A stretch of DNA of 64,000 nt, from assembly GCA_040954595.2 (NCBI GenBank), contig CM082588.2:7403947-7467946 (forward strand). Direction: 5' to 3'. Positions within the stretch are counted from its first letter, which is position 1; every line of letters begins with the position of its first letter. This document shows, piece after piece, positions 50,968 through 64,000 of this stretch. Below the pieces are notes generated by a model that did no database searches, was not told the origin of the DNA, and saw only the letters and a list, made by a program, of their open reading frames with translations. The position numbers and the translations under genes are program-made. This DNA comes from Balanoglossus misakiensis (Eukaryota; Animalia; Hemichordata).

Positions 50968-53075
50968 CTGAATAAAAACTAAAACACACCACAAGAAAGG
51001 GAATTGTTATATCAACATGGGATGGATCAAAAGTCCTTACTTGTTCCCTCAAACTCCACAGTCATACAGTCGAACGCCGATTATCCGGATTTCGGATTAT
51101 CCGAACGCTTCGGTACGGTCCCTGAACATTTACACATGTAATTAGCCAGGCTAATCACCTGTTTTCTCGGCGGTCTGTGACATTTCCGCAGGAAAATTGA
51201 CAATTTAGACGGTCAGTTCTAATTGTTTCAGTTGTCATTAGAGTGTCACACTTTCGTGTATCGTACCATTTGATACTAGGATTTCACACTCAAGTGTAAA
51301 CACGTAAAAATCACTCGTCGCGTCGGCACGGCTTTGGTCAAGTGTAATTGGAATTTTGTAGACAGTTTGGCCTGGCTCTCCCTTTTGTGTAATTTCACCC
51401 CCGCTCTGCTCAATCTGGTTCATAACAATGATTGATCTAAAGATATATGAAATTCCTTTGTGTGGCAGTTTCTTTTCAGATTCACGAAAATCACGAGGAG
51501 GATTGATAATTAATATGAACTACCTACTTGATTATAAAATATCTCATCCAACGTTCAAAATACTGATATAATATTATAGCAATGCTTAAATAAAACAACT
51601 GGTCCACATAATATTATTATTGTTAATATATACCAATAAAATGATTCTGCTTGACTTTATCATATAGTGAACGAAACTCTGAACATTGTTTTTTACTTTC
51701 TCTTTTAGTTTTCTACTATTTATTTTTTTCGCGTTTATCACGATGGTGCACGAATGAGGTTAGTTGATAAACAGTTATTTGGAGTTGCTATGCACGCTAT
51801 GCCAAATGTAAACAGTTGAGTTATGGGCCGCCCAATCGATAACTTGTTGAAACTGAAAACTGTTAGTAGGTCAATGGTTGAAAGACTGAAATGTGGTGCT
51901 GCTAAGCTTGTAGGGTCTTACGTCAATGCGAACAGGAATTCAAATCTCCGGTCTGTTGACCATGATGAAACCAATCAGCCATTGAATAAAGCAGATTTCT
52001 CATATCACTTGACTCATCTCGTTTGGAACTAACCAATTTCTAAGCAACTGACTATACAACCGCACATATGTCACATGCATACCTTATATTTATTTATATG
52101 TCTGTCTGTCTGTCTGTCTGTCACGTCTGTTCAACATGAACGGTCTACTTAAAGTCGCAGGGATTTGATAAGGACTTGAATTATAGTTTTCTGTCGATTT
52201 TCGCATACTTAAAACCTCAAAAGTAAATGTTTTCTCCGTAGCCCTGTTACGGACGGACCCACCGTGGCACCCCATAAGTATGCAACCATTATGTAGTCAC
52301 TTGACAGTCATGCGCTTTTGCAGACCACCTAACACTCCGTTTTTACCCCGTTTTACCAAAACGCCACATGATTTCTGCTGGAAATTAGTTCATTAACAAG
52401 GGTTGGTAAAATCCTGTAAACCACATGAGCAGTTTTTCCGTTCGCCCTCCCTTCAACGTTATGACGCTGTAACGTTTATTACTAAAATTACACTCTTAGT
52501 ATAACGTCTTCAACAGCACATAGCAGAACAACAGACGCTTATAAAATTTGATAATGATAATGGTACGATGACGCGTCAACGACTTTGGGGTCTGAATTGG
52601 ACAGAAAAGGAAAATATAATTAGTGTGTGATACTTACATGTACCAGCCACCCATACGATTACAATCTGTGTGTCAAAGCTCATTGGGAATCGTGCTGTCA
52701 TTTCGGTTGTATTTATGGATCGCTCTCGAAGAGAAATGCCAATACCTGTAACTAGTGATGCCTAAAAATGAAACAATGTATAAAAAGCAAACTTCAAGTT
52801 AAATCTGAATGTCTTTGATGTCTGGTTGGTTCCTTGTAAGGGTGCATGTTGTTACAATTGTGGGGGAAATACGATATCAGCTCCGCCATATACACTGTGA
52901 AAACTTCTATAAAGGAGGCCAATAAAACAGGCAAAAGTTATTGCTGTATTTGTCGGAAATACATGACAAGTCCAGCTAAATCCAAATCTGCATTAACAAT
53001 AATTACATATCAATTCAGGAAATGTAATTGGCCCTGTAGCAACAGTGCATATACAGGTAAATACAGTGCTGTATT

Positions 53076-53198
53076 TATTGTATTGTATTGTATTGTATTG
53101 TATTGTATTGTATTGTATTGTATTGTATTGTATTGTATTGTATTGTATTGTATTGTATTGTATTGTATTGTATTGTATTGTATTGTATTGTATTGTAT
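53076..53198. repeat. (TATTG)n microsatellite
   Basis: About 24 perfect copies of tattg. Confidence 0.97.
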
Positions 53199-54054
53199 GA
53201 AAGGTTAATCCTATCACAGCTCAACAGTAAATTTAAAAATTACAGAGTAAAAACCACGCAGGAACACAAAAAATCACATCACTCAATTCTGTCTGTATGT
53301 CAGCCTTTTCACGCAGTGTGATTTTTTTACTCAGAATTATTTCCCTGTGTTTCAGGATAATTCCCTGTTTCTGTTTTCATGAGACGGTGGCAGAGCTACG
53401 GTCTTAACTTCATGAAGGTGTAGTCGTTCATTCAGTATAACCACAGGACATTTTCGTTACACATCCCTAAAAAAATTTTAAATGAAAAGTACTTACGATT
53501 GCGACTTGCCTCAAGTAACTGCGTGTGCTTATGAAGTTTGGCTTAGCGAAACTAATGCAATCAAATAGGAAAATGCCTATTTGACTAGTTGAGCCTTTAA
53601 GGAAACTGTCTTACATTTATTGTCAAAGTCTTATCAACTTCAACATTTGAAGTACCGTTAACGGTTTTCACTCATTCTGTTTCAACAGTGAGCCCAATAA
53701 CCAGCATTCTCTCTATGTTTGATTAATTATGCAAATGAGCATATACAGAAATCTTCTCATGGAAAAGGTTGTGAATTGTATAATATTGGTCTAATATTGG
53801 TCCGAGGAAGGCTGCGGTCCCAGTCATCGAAACGAACGTCCGCTCCTGGGGGCGCTACGTTTTACTAGTTTTAGCTCTCACAATTGAGATTTGCGCGATG
53901 TCACCACCGTGCGGCGCATGTTATGTCCGCAACCCCGGGGGCTCAACCCTAGCATGAAGTGAAACACATGGATCGTTTTTGTGTAGCCTTATCACCACTA
54001 ATTACTCATATTTTCCCGGTTTTCTGATTGGTTTATTCGAATAATACATACACA

Positions 54055-57000
54055 CATGGGTTATAGCTCATGAAAATGGTCCAGAAACCTCAATTTTTCG
54101 ACTTCGCGAATTTTCAAAATTTGGTCATTTTTTGATAAAAACCATGGGTTATAGCTCATGAAAATGGTCCAGAAACCTCAATTTTTCGACTTCGCGAATT
54201 TTCCAAATTTGGTCATTTTTTGATAAAAAACCATGGGTTATACCTCATGAAAATGGTCCAGAAACCTCAATTTTTCGACTTCGCGAATTTTCCAAATTTG
54301 GTCATTTTTTGATAAAAACCATGGGTTATAGCCCATGAAAATGGTCAAGAAACCTCAATTTTTCGACTTCAAAATGTGGTCATTTTTTGATAAAAACCAT
54401 GGGTTATAGCTCATGAAAATGGTCCAGAAACCTCAATTTTTCGACTTCGCGAATTTTCAAAATGTGGTCATTTTTTGATAAAAACCATGGGTTATAGCCC
54501 ATGAAAATGGTCCAGAAACCTCAATTTTTCGACTTCGCGAATTTTCAAAATGTGGTCATTTTTTGATAAAAACCATGGGTTATAGCCCATGAAAATGGTC
54601 CAGAAACCTCAATTTTTCAACTTCGCGAATTTTCAAAATGTGGTCATTTTTTGATAAAAACCATGGGTTATAGCCCATGAAAATGGTCCAGAAACCTCAA
54701 TTTTTCGACTTCGCGAATTTTCAAAATGTGGTCATTTTTTGATAAAAACCATGGGTTATAGCCCATGAAAATGGTCCAGCAACCTCAATTTTTCGACTTC
54801 GCGAATTTTCAAAAAGTGGTCATTTTTTGATAAAAACCATGGGTTATAGCCCATGAAAATGGTCAAGAAACCTCAATTTTTCAACTTCGCGAATTTTCAA
54901 AATGTGGTCATTTTTTGATAAAAACCATGGGTTATAGCCCATGAAAATGGTCTAGAAACCTCAATTTTTCGACTTCGCGAATTTTCAAAATGTGGTCATT
55001 TTTTGATAAAAACCATGGGTTATAGCCCATGAAAATGGTCAAGAAACCTCAATTTTTCGACTTCGCGAATTTTCAAAATGTGGTCATTTTTTGATAAAAA
55101 CCATGGGTTATAGCCCATGAAAATGGTCTAGAAACCTCAATTTTTCGACTTCGCGAATTTTCAAAATGTGGTCATTTTTTGATAAAAACCATGGGTTATA
55201 GCCCATGAAAATGGTCCAGAAACCTCAATTTTTCAACTTCGCGAATTTTCAAAATGTGGTCATTTTTTGATAAAAACCATGGGTTATAGCCCATGAAAAT
55301 GGTCCAGAAACCTCAATTTTTCGACTTCGCGAATTTTCAAAATGTGGTCATTTTTTGATAAAAACCATGGGTTATAGCTCATGAAAATGGTCCAGAAACC
55401 TCAATTTTTCGACATCGCGAATTTTCAAAATTTGGTCATTTTTTGATAAAAACCATGGGTTATAGCCCATGAAAATGGTCCAGAAACCTCAATTTTTCGA
55501 CTCCGCGAATTTTCAAAATGTGGTCATTTTTTGATAAAAACCATGGGTTATAGCCCATGAAAATGGTCCAGAAACCTCAATTTTTCAACTTCGCGAATTT
55601 TCAAAATGTGGTCATTTTTTGATAAAAACCATGGGTTATAGCCCATGAAAATGGTCTAGAAACCTCAATTTTTCGACTTCGGGAATTTTCAAAATGTGGT
55701 CATTTTTTGATAAAAACCATGGGTTATAGCCCATGAAAATGGTCTAGAAACCTCAATTTTTCGACTTCGGGAATTTTCAAAATGTGGTCATTTTTTGATA
55801 AAAACCATGGGTTATAGCCCATGAAAATGGTCCAGAAACCTCAATTTTTCAACTTCGCGAATTTTCAAAATGTGGTCATTTTTTGATAAAAACCATGGGT
55901 TATAGCCCATGAAAATGGTCAAGAAACCTCAATTTTTCGACTTCGCGAATTTTCAAAATGTGGTCATTTTTTGATAAAAACCATGGGTTATAGCCCATGA
56001 AAATGGTCTAGAAACCTCAATTTTTCGACTTCGGGAATTTTCAAAATGTGGTCATTTTTTGATAAAAACCATGGGTTATAGCCCATGAAAATGGTCCAGA
56101 AACCTCAATTTTTCAACTTCGCGAATTTTCAAAATGTGGTCATTTTTTGATAAAAACCATGGGTTATAGCCCATGAAAATGGTCCAGAAACCTCAATTTT
56201 TCAACTTCGCGAATTTTCAAAATGTGGTCATTTTTTGATAAAAACCATGGGTTATAGCCCATGAAAATGGTCCAGCAACCTCAATTTTTCGACTTCGCGA
56301 ATTTTCAAAATGTGGTCATTTTTTGATAAAAACCATGGGTTATAGCCCATGAAAATGGTCCAGAAACCTCAATTTTTCGACTCCGCGAATTTTCAAAATG
56401 TGGTCATTTTTTGATAAAAACCATGGGTTATAGCCCATGAAAATGGTCCAGAAACCTCAATTTTTCGACTCCGCGAATTTTCAAAATGTGGTCATTTCAT
56501 GATAAAAACCATGGGTTATAGCCCATGAAAATGGTCCAGAAACCTCAATTTTTCGACTTCGCGAATTTTCGAAATGTGGTCATTTTTTGATAAAAACCAT
56601 GGGTTATAGCCCATGAAAATGGTCCAGAAACCTCAATTTTTCGACTTCGCGAATTTTCAAAATGTGGTCATTTTTTGATAAAAACCATGGGTTATAGCCC
56701 ATGAAAATGGTCCAGCAACCTCAATTTTTCAACTTCGCGAATTTTCAAAATGTGGCCATTTCATGATAAAAACCATGGGTTATAGCCCATGAAAATGGTC
56801 CAGAAACCTCAATTTTTCAACTTCGCGAATTTTCAAAATGTGGTCATTTTTTGATAAAAACCATGGGTTATAGCCCATGAAAATGGTCTAGAAACCTCAA
56901 TTTTTCGACTTCGCGAATTTTCAAAATGTGGTCATTTTTTGATAAAAACCATGGGTTATAGCCCATGAAAATGGTCAAGAAACCTCAATTTTTCGACTTC

Positions 57001-60000
57001 GCGAATTTTCAAAATGTGGTCATTTTTTGATAAAAACCATGGGTTATAGCCCATGAAAATGGTCCAGAAACCTCAATTTTTCAACTTTGCGAATTTTCAA
57101 AATGTGGTCATTTTTTGATAAAAACCATGGGTTATAGCCCATGAAAATGGTCCAGAAACCTCAATTTTTCGACTTCGCGAATTTTCAAAATGTGGTCATT
57201 TTTTGATAAAAACCATGGGTTATAGCCCATGAAAATGGTCCAGCAACCTCAATTTTTCGACTTCGCGAATTTTCAAAATGTGGTCATTTTTTGATAAAAA
57301 CCATGGGTTATAGCCCATGAAAATGGTCCAGAAACCTCAATTTTTCGACTCCGCGAATTTTCAAAATGTGGTCATTTCATGATAAAAACCATGGGTTATA
57401 GCCCATGAAAATGGTCCAGAAACCTCAATTTTTCGACTTCGCGAATTTTCAAAATGTGGTCATTTTTTGATAAAAACCATGGGTTATAGCCCATGAAAAT
57501 GGTCCAGAAACCTCAATTTTTCGACTTCGCGAATTTTCAAAATGTGGTCATTTTTTGATAAAAACCATGGGTTATAGCCCATGAAAATGGTCCAGAAACC
57601 TCAATTTTTCGACTTCGCGAATTTTCAAAATGTGGTCATTTTTTGATAAAAACCATGGGTTATAGCCCATGAAAATGGTCCAGAAACCTCAATTTTTCGA
57701 CTTCGCGAATTTTCAAAATGTGGTCATTTTTTGATAAAAACCATGGGTTATAGCCCATGAAAATGGTCCAGAAACCTCAATTTTTCGACTTCAAAATGTG
57801 GTCATTTTTTGATAAAAACCATGGGTTATAGCTCATGAAAATGGTCCAGAAACCTCAATTTTTCGACTTCGGGAATTTTCAAAATGTGGTCATTTTTTGA
57901 TAAAAACCATGGGTTATAGCCCATGAAAATGGTCCAGAAACCTCAATTTTTCAACTTCGCGAATTTTCAAAATGTGGTCATTTTTTGATAAAAACCATGG
58001 GTTATAGCCCATGAAAATGGTCAAGAAACCTCAATTTTTCGACTTCGCGAATTTTCAAAATGTGGTCATTTTTTGATAAAAACCATGGGTTATAGCCCAT
58101 GAAAATGGTCTAGAAACCTCAATTTTTCGACTTCGGGAATTTTCAAAATGTGGTCATTTTTTGATAAAAACCATGGGTTATAGCCCATGAAAATGGTCCA
58201 GAAACCTCAATTTTTCAACTTCGCGAATTTTCAAAATGTGGTCATTTTTTGATAAAAACCATGGGTTATAGCCCATGAAAATGGTCCAGAAACCTCAATT
58301 TTTCAACTTCGCGAATTTTCAAAATGTGGTCATTTTTTGATAAAAACCATGGGTTATAGCCCATGAAAATGGTCCAGCAACCTCAATTTTTCGACTTCGC
58401 GAATTTTCAAAATGTGGTCATTTTTTGATAAAAACCATGGGTTATAGCCCATGAAAATGGTCCAGAAACCTCAATTTTTCGACTCCGCGAATTTTCAAAA
58501 TGTGGTCATTTTTTGATAAAAACCATGGGTTATAGCCCATGAAAATGGTCCAGAAACCTCAATTTTTCGACTTCGCGAATTTTCGAAATGTGGTCATTTT
58601 TTGATAAAAACCATGGGTTATAGCCCATGAAAATGGTCCAGAAACCTCAATTTTTCGACTTCGCGAATTTTCAAAATGTGGTCATTTTTTGATAAAAATC
58701 ATGGGTTATAGCCCATGAAAATGGTCCAGAAACCTCAATTTTTCAACTTCGCGAATTTTCAAAATGTGGCCATTTCATGATAAAAACCATGGGTTATAGC
58801 CCATGAAAATGGTCCAGAAACCTCAATTTTTCAACTTCGCGAATTTTCAAAATGTGGTCATTTTTTGATAAAAACCATGGGTTATAGCCCATGAAAATGG
58901 TCTAGAAACCTCAATTTTTCGACTTCGCGAATTTTCAAAATGTGGTCATTTTTTGATAAAAACCATGGGTTATAGCCCATGAAAATGGTCAAGAAACCTC
59001 AATTTTTCGACTTCGCGAATTTTCAAAATGTGGTCATTTTTTGATAAAAACCATGGGTTATAGCCCATGAAAATGGTCCAGAAACCTCAATTTTTCAACT
59101 TTGCGAATTTTCAAAATGTGGTCATTTTTTGATAAAAACCATGGGTTATAGCCCATGAAAATGGTCCAGAAACCTCAATTTTTCGACTTCGCGAATTTTC
59201 AAAATGTGGTCATTTTTTGATAAAAACCATGGGTTATAGCCCATGAAAATGGTCCAGCAACCTCAATTTTTCGACTTCGCGAATTTTCAAAATGTGGTCA
59301 TTTTTTGATAAAAACCATGGGTTATAGCCCATGAAAATGGTCCAGAAACCTCAATTTTTCGACTCCGCGAATTTTCAAAATGTGGTCATTTCATGATAAA
59401 AACCATGGGTTATAGCCCATGAAAATGGTCTAGAAACCTCAATTTTTCGACTTCGCGAATTTTCAAAATGTGGTCATTTTTTGATAAAAACCATGGGTTA
59501 TAGCCCATGAAAATGGTCCAGAAACCTCAATTTTTCGACTTCGCGAATTTTCAAAATGTGGTCATTTTTTGATAAAAACCATGGGTTATAGCCCATGAAA
59601 ATGGTCCAGAAACCTCAATTTTTCGACTTCGCGAATTTTCAAAATGTGGTCATTTTTTGATAAAAACCATGGGTTATAGCCCATGAAAATGGTCCAGAAA
59701 CCTCAATTTTTCGACTTCGCGAATTTTCAAAATGTGGTCATTTTTTGATAAAAACCATGGGTTATAGCCCATGAAAATGGTCCAGAAACCTCAATTTTTC
59801 GACTTCGCGAATTTTCAAAATGTGGTCATTTTTTGATAAAAACCATGGGTTATAGCCCATGAAAATGGTCCAGAAACCTCAATTTTTCGACTTAAAAATG
59901 TGGTCATTTTTTGATAAAAACCATGGGTTATAGCTCATGAAAATGGTCCAGAAACCTCAATTTTTCGACTTCGCGAATTTTCAAAATGTGGTCATTTTTT

Positions 60001-63000
60001 GATAAAAACCATGGGTTATAGCCCATGAAAATGGTCCAGCAACCTCAATTTTTCGACTTCGCGAATTTTCAAAATGTGGTCATTTTTTGATAAAAACCAT
60101 GGGTTATAGCCCATGAAAATGGTCCAGAAACCTCAATTTTTCGACTTCGCGAATTTTCAAAATGTGGTCATTTTTTGATAAAAACCATGGGTTATAGCCC
60201 ATGAAAATGGTCCAGCAACCTCAATTTTTCGACTTCGCGAATTTTCAAAAAGTGGTCATTTTTTGATAAAAACCATGGGTTATAGCCCATGAAAATGGTC
60301 AAGAAACCTCAATTTTTAAACTTCGCGAATTTTCAAAATGTGGTCATTTTTTGATAAAAACCATGGGTTATAGCCCATGAAAATGGTCTAGAAACCTCAA
60401 TTTTTCGACTTCGCGAATTTTCAAAATGTGGTCATTTTTTGATAAAAACCATGGGTTATAGCCCATGAAAATGGTCAAGAAACCTCAATTTTTCGACTTC
60501 GCGAATTTTCAAAATGTGGTCATTTTTTGATAAAAACCATGGGTTATAGCCCATGAAAATGGTCTAGAAACCTCAATTTTTCGACTTCGCGAATTTTCAA
60601 AATGTGGTCATTTTTTGATAAAAACCATGGGTTATAGCCCATGAAAATGGTCCAGAAACCTCAATTTTTCAACTTCGCGAATTTTCAAAATGTGGTCATT
60701 TTTTGATAAAAACCATGGGTTATAGCCCATGAAAATGGTCCAGAAACCTCAATTTTTCGACTTAAAAATGTGGTCATTTTTTGATAAAAACCATGGGTTA
60801 TAGCTCATGAAAATGGTCCAGAAACCTCAATTTTTCGACTTCGCGAATTTTCAAAATGTGGTCATTTTTTGATAAAAACCATGGGTTATAGCCCATGAAA
60901 ATGGTCCAGCAACCTCAATTTTTCGACTTCGCGAATTTTCAAAATGTGGTCATTTTTTGATAAAAACCATGGGTTATAGCCCATGAAAATGGTCCAGAAA
61001 CCTCAATTTTTCGACTTCGCGAATTTTCAAAATGTGGTCATTTTTTGATAAAAACCATGGGTTATAGCCCATGAAAATGGTCCAGCAACCTCAATTTTTC
61101 GACTTCGCGAATTTTCAAAAAGTGGTCATTTTTTGATAAAAACCATGGGTTATAGCCCATGAAAATGGTCAAGAAACCTCAATTTTTCAACTTCGCGAAT
61201 TTTCAAAATGTGGTCATTTTTTGATAAAAACCATGGGTTATAGCCCATGAAAATGGTCTAGAAACCTCAATTTTTCGACTTCGCGAATTTTCAAAATGTG
61301 GTCATTTTTTGATAAAAACCATGGGTTATAGCCCATGAAAATGGTCAAGAAACCTCAATTTTTCGACTTCGCGAATTTTCAAAATGTGGTCATTTTTTGA
61401 TAAAAACCATGGGTTATAGCCCATGAAAATGGTCTAGAAACCTCAATTTTTCGACTTCGCGAATTTTCAAAATGTGGTCATTTTTTGATAAAAACCATGG
61501 GTTATAGCCCATGAAAATGGTCCAGAAACCTCAATTTTTCAACTTCGCGAATTTTCAAAATGTGGTCATTTTTTGATAAAAACCATGGGTTATAGCCCAT
61601 GAAAATGGTCCAGAAACCTCAATTTTTCGACTTCGCGAATTTTCAAAATGTGGTCATTTTTTGATAAAAACCATGGGTTATAGCTCATGAAAATGGTCCA
61701 GAAACCTCAATTTTTCGACATCGCGAATTTTCAAAATTTGGTCATTTTTTGATAAAAACCATGGGTTATAGCCCATGAAAATGGTCCAGAAACCTCAATT
61801 TTTCGACTCCGCGAATTTTCAAAATGTGGTCATTTTTTGATAAAAACCATGGGTTATAGCCCATGAAAATGGTCCAGCAACCTCAATTTTTCGACTTCGC
61901 GAATTTTCAAAAAGTGGTCATTTTTTGATAAAAACCATGGGTTATAGCCCATGAAAATGGTCAAGAAACCTCAATTTTTCAACTTCGCGAATTTTCAAAA
62001 TGTGGTCATTTTTTGATAAAAACCATGGGTTATAGCCCATGAAAATGGTCTAGAAACCTCAATTTTTCGACTTCGCGAATTTTCAAAATGTGGTCATTTT
62101 TTGATAAAAACCATGGGTTATAGCCCATGAAAATGGTCAAGAAACCTCAATTTTTCGACTTCGCGAATTTTCAAAATGTGGTCATTTTTTGATAAAAACC
62201 ATGGGTTATAGCCCATGAAAATGGTCTAGAAACCTCAATTTTTCGACTTCGCGAATTTTCAAAATGTGGTCATTTTTTGATAAAAACCATGGGTTATAGC
62301 CCATGAAAATGGTCCAGAAACCTCAATTTTTCAACTTCGCGAATTTTCAAAATGTGGTCATTTTTTGATAAAAACCATGGGTTATAGCCCATGAAAATGG
62401 TCCAGAAACCTCAATTTTTCGACTTCGCGAATTTTCAAAATGTGGTCATTTTTTGATAAAAACCATGGGTTATAGCTCATGAAAATGGTCCAGAAACCTC
62501 AATTTTTCGACATCGCGAATTTTCAAAATTTGGTCATTTTTTGATAAAAACCATGGGTTATAGCCCATGAAAATGGTCCAGAAACCTCAATTTTTCGACT
62601 CCGCGAATTTTCAAAATGTGGTCATTTTTTGATAAAAACCATGGGTTATAGCCCATGAAAATGGTCCAGAAACCTCAATTTTTCAACTTCGCGAATTTTC
62701 AAAATGTGGTCATTTTTTGATAAAAACCATGGGTTATAGCCCATGAAAATGGTCTAGAAACCTCAATTTTTCGACTTCGGGAATTTTCAAAATGTGGTCA
62801 TTTTTTGATAAAAACCATGGGTTATAGCCCATGAAAATGGTCCAGAAACCTCAATTTTTCAACTTCGCGAATTTTCAAAATGTGGTCATTTTTTGATAAA
62901 AACCATGGGTTATAGCCCATGAAAATGGTCAAGAAACCTCAATTTTTCGACTTCGCGAATTTTCAAAATGTGGTCATTTTTTGATAAAAACCATGGGTTA

Positions 63001-64000
63001 TAGCCCATGAAAATGGTCCAGAAACCTCAATTTTTCAACTTCGCGAATTTTCAAAATGTGGTCATTTTTTGATAAAAACCATGGGTTATAGCCCATGAAA
63101 ATGGTCTAGAAACCTCAATTTTTCGACTTCGGGAATTTTCAAAATGTGGTCATTTTTTGATAAAAACCATGGGTTATAGCCCATGAAAATGGTCCAGAAA
63201 CCTCAATTTTTCAACTTCGCGAATTTTCAAAATGTGGTCATTTTTTGATAAAAACCATGGGTTATAGCCCATGAAAATGGTCAAGAAACCTCAATTTTTC
63301 GACTTCGCGAATTTTCAAAATGTGGTCATTTTTTGATAAAAACCATGGGTTATAGCCCATGAAAATGGTCTAGAAACCTCAATTTTTCGACTTCGGGAAT
63401 TTTCAAAATGTGGTCATTTTTTGATAAAAACCATGGGTTATAGCCCATGAAAATGGTCCAGAAACCTCAATTTTTCAACTTCGCGAATTTTCAAAATGTG
63501 GTCATTTTTTGATAAAAACCATGGGTTATAGCCCATGAAAATGGTCCAGAAACCTCAATTTTTCAACTTCGCGAATTTTCAAAATGTGGTCATTTTTTGA
63601 TAAAAACCATGGGTTATAGCCCATGAAAATGGTCCAGCAACCTCAATTTTTCGACTTCGCGAATTTTCAAAATGTGGTCATTTTTTGATAAAAACCATGG
63701 GTTATAGCCCATGAAAATGGTCCAGAAACCTCAATTTTTCGACTCCGCGAATTTTCAAAATGTGGTCATTTTTTGATAAAAACCATGGGTTATAGCCCAT
63801 GAAAATGGTCCAGAAACCTCAATTTTTCGACTCCGCGAATTTTCAAAATGTGGTCATTTCATGATAAAAACCATGGGTTATAGCCCATGAAAATGGTCCA
63901 GAAACCTCAATTTTTCGACTTCGCGAATTTTCGAAATGTGGTCATTTTTTGATAAAAACCATGGGTTATAGCCCATGAAAATGGTCCAGAAACCTCAATT
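54055..64000. repeat. 88-bp tandem satellite, ~113 units, continues beyond the window
   Basis: Unit catgggttatagcccatgaaaatggtccagaaacctcaatttttcgacttcgcgaattttcaaaatgtggtcattttttgataaaaac. Period 88 (e.g. 54661 to 54749). Occasional 78-bp units lack 10 nt after gactt. Confidence 0.99.

Noticed and set aside
51067-51125. Tigger/pogo-like terminus tacagtcgaacgccgattatccgga
   Set aside because: No matching opposite end or transposase found, so boundaries cannot be supported.
52846-53321. ORFs with (IVLYC)n / (NTIQY)n repeats
   Set aside because: Translations of the (TATTG)n microsatellite.
54055-64000. CRISPR-like array (regular repeats with a hairpin)
   Set aside because: No unique spacers (whole 88-bp units repeat), no cas genes, eukaryotic context. 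It is a satellite.

Overview
AT-rich, intron-containing animal genomic DNA, probably an invertebrate deuterostome such as a hemichordate (inference). It has no prokaryotic features and no CRISPR array. Left to right: (1) the 3' end of a mannose-receptor (MRC1)-like C-type lectin receptor with an FENTLY tail; (2) a ~3 kb orphan segment with 3-4 diverged copies of a small unknown ORF and a decayed Ulp1-like protease; (3) an apparently complete Kolobok DNA transposon (DDE transposase plus KolX/P2X7-ballast-like gene, TTAA TSD) inserted in the last coding exon of one of two tandem SLC22 transporter genes, with the empty site preserved in the paralog; (4) a complete 12-exon EIF2S3 (eIF2-gamma) gene; (5) a ~2214-aa NLR-like gene with architecture DED - degenerate GT4 glycosyltransferase - coiled coil - TRADD-N-like - NACHT C-terminal remnant with no visible Walker A/B - expanding 28-aa LRR array, all introns phase 1; (6) a V-type Ig exon; (7) a ~10 kb 88-bp satellite with higher-order structure running off the window end. 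Many MITEs occur throughout. The best candidate for an undescribed system is the NTPase-less, pseudo-glycosyltransferase NLR. Domain calls are by-eye motif recognition, and exon boundaries were read manually from GT/AG sites and reading frame.
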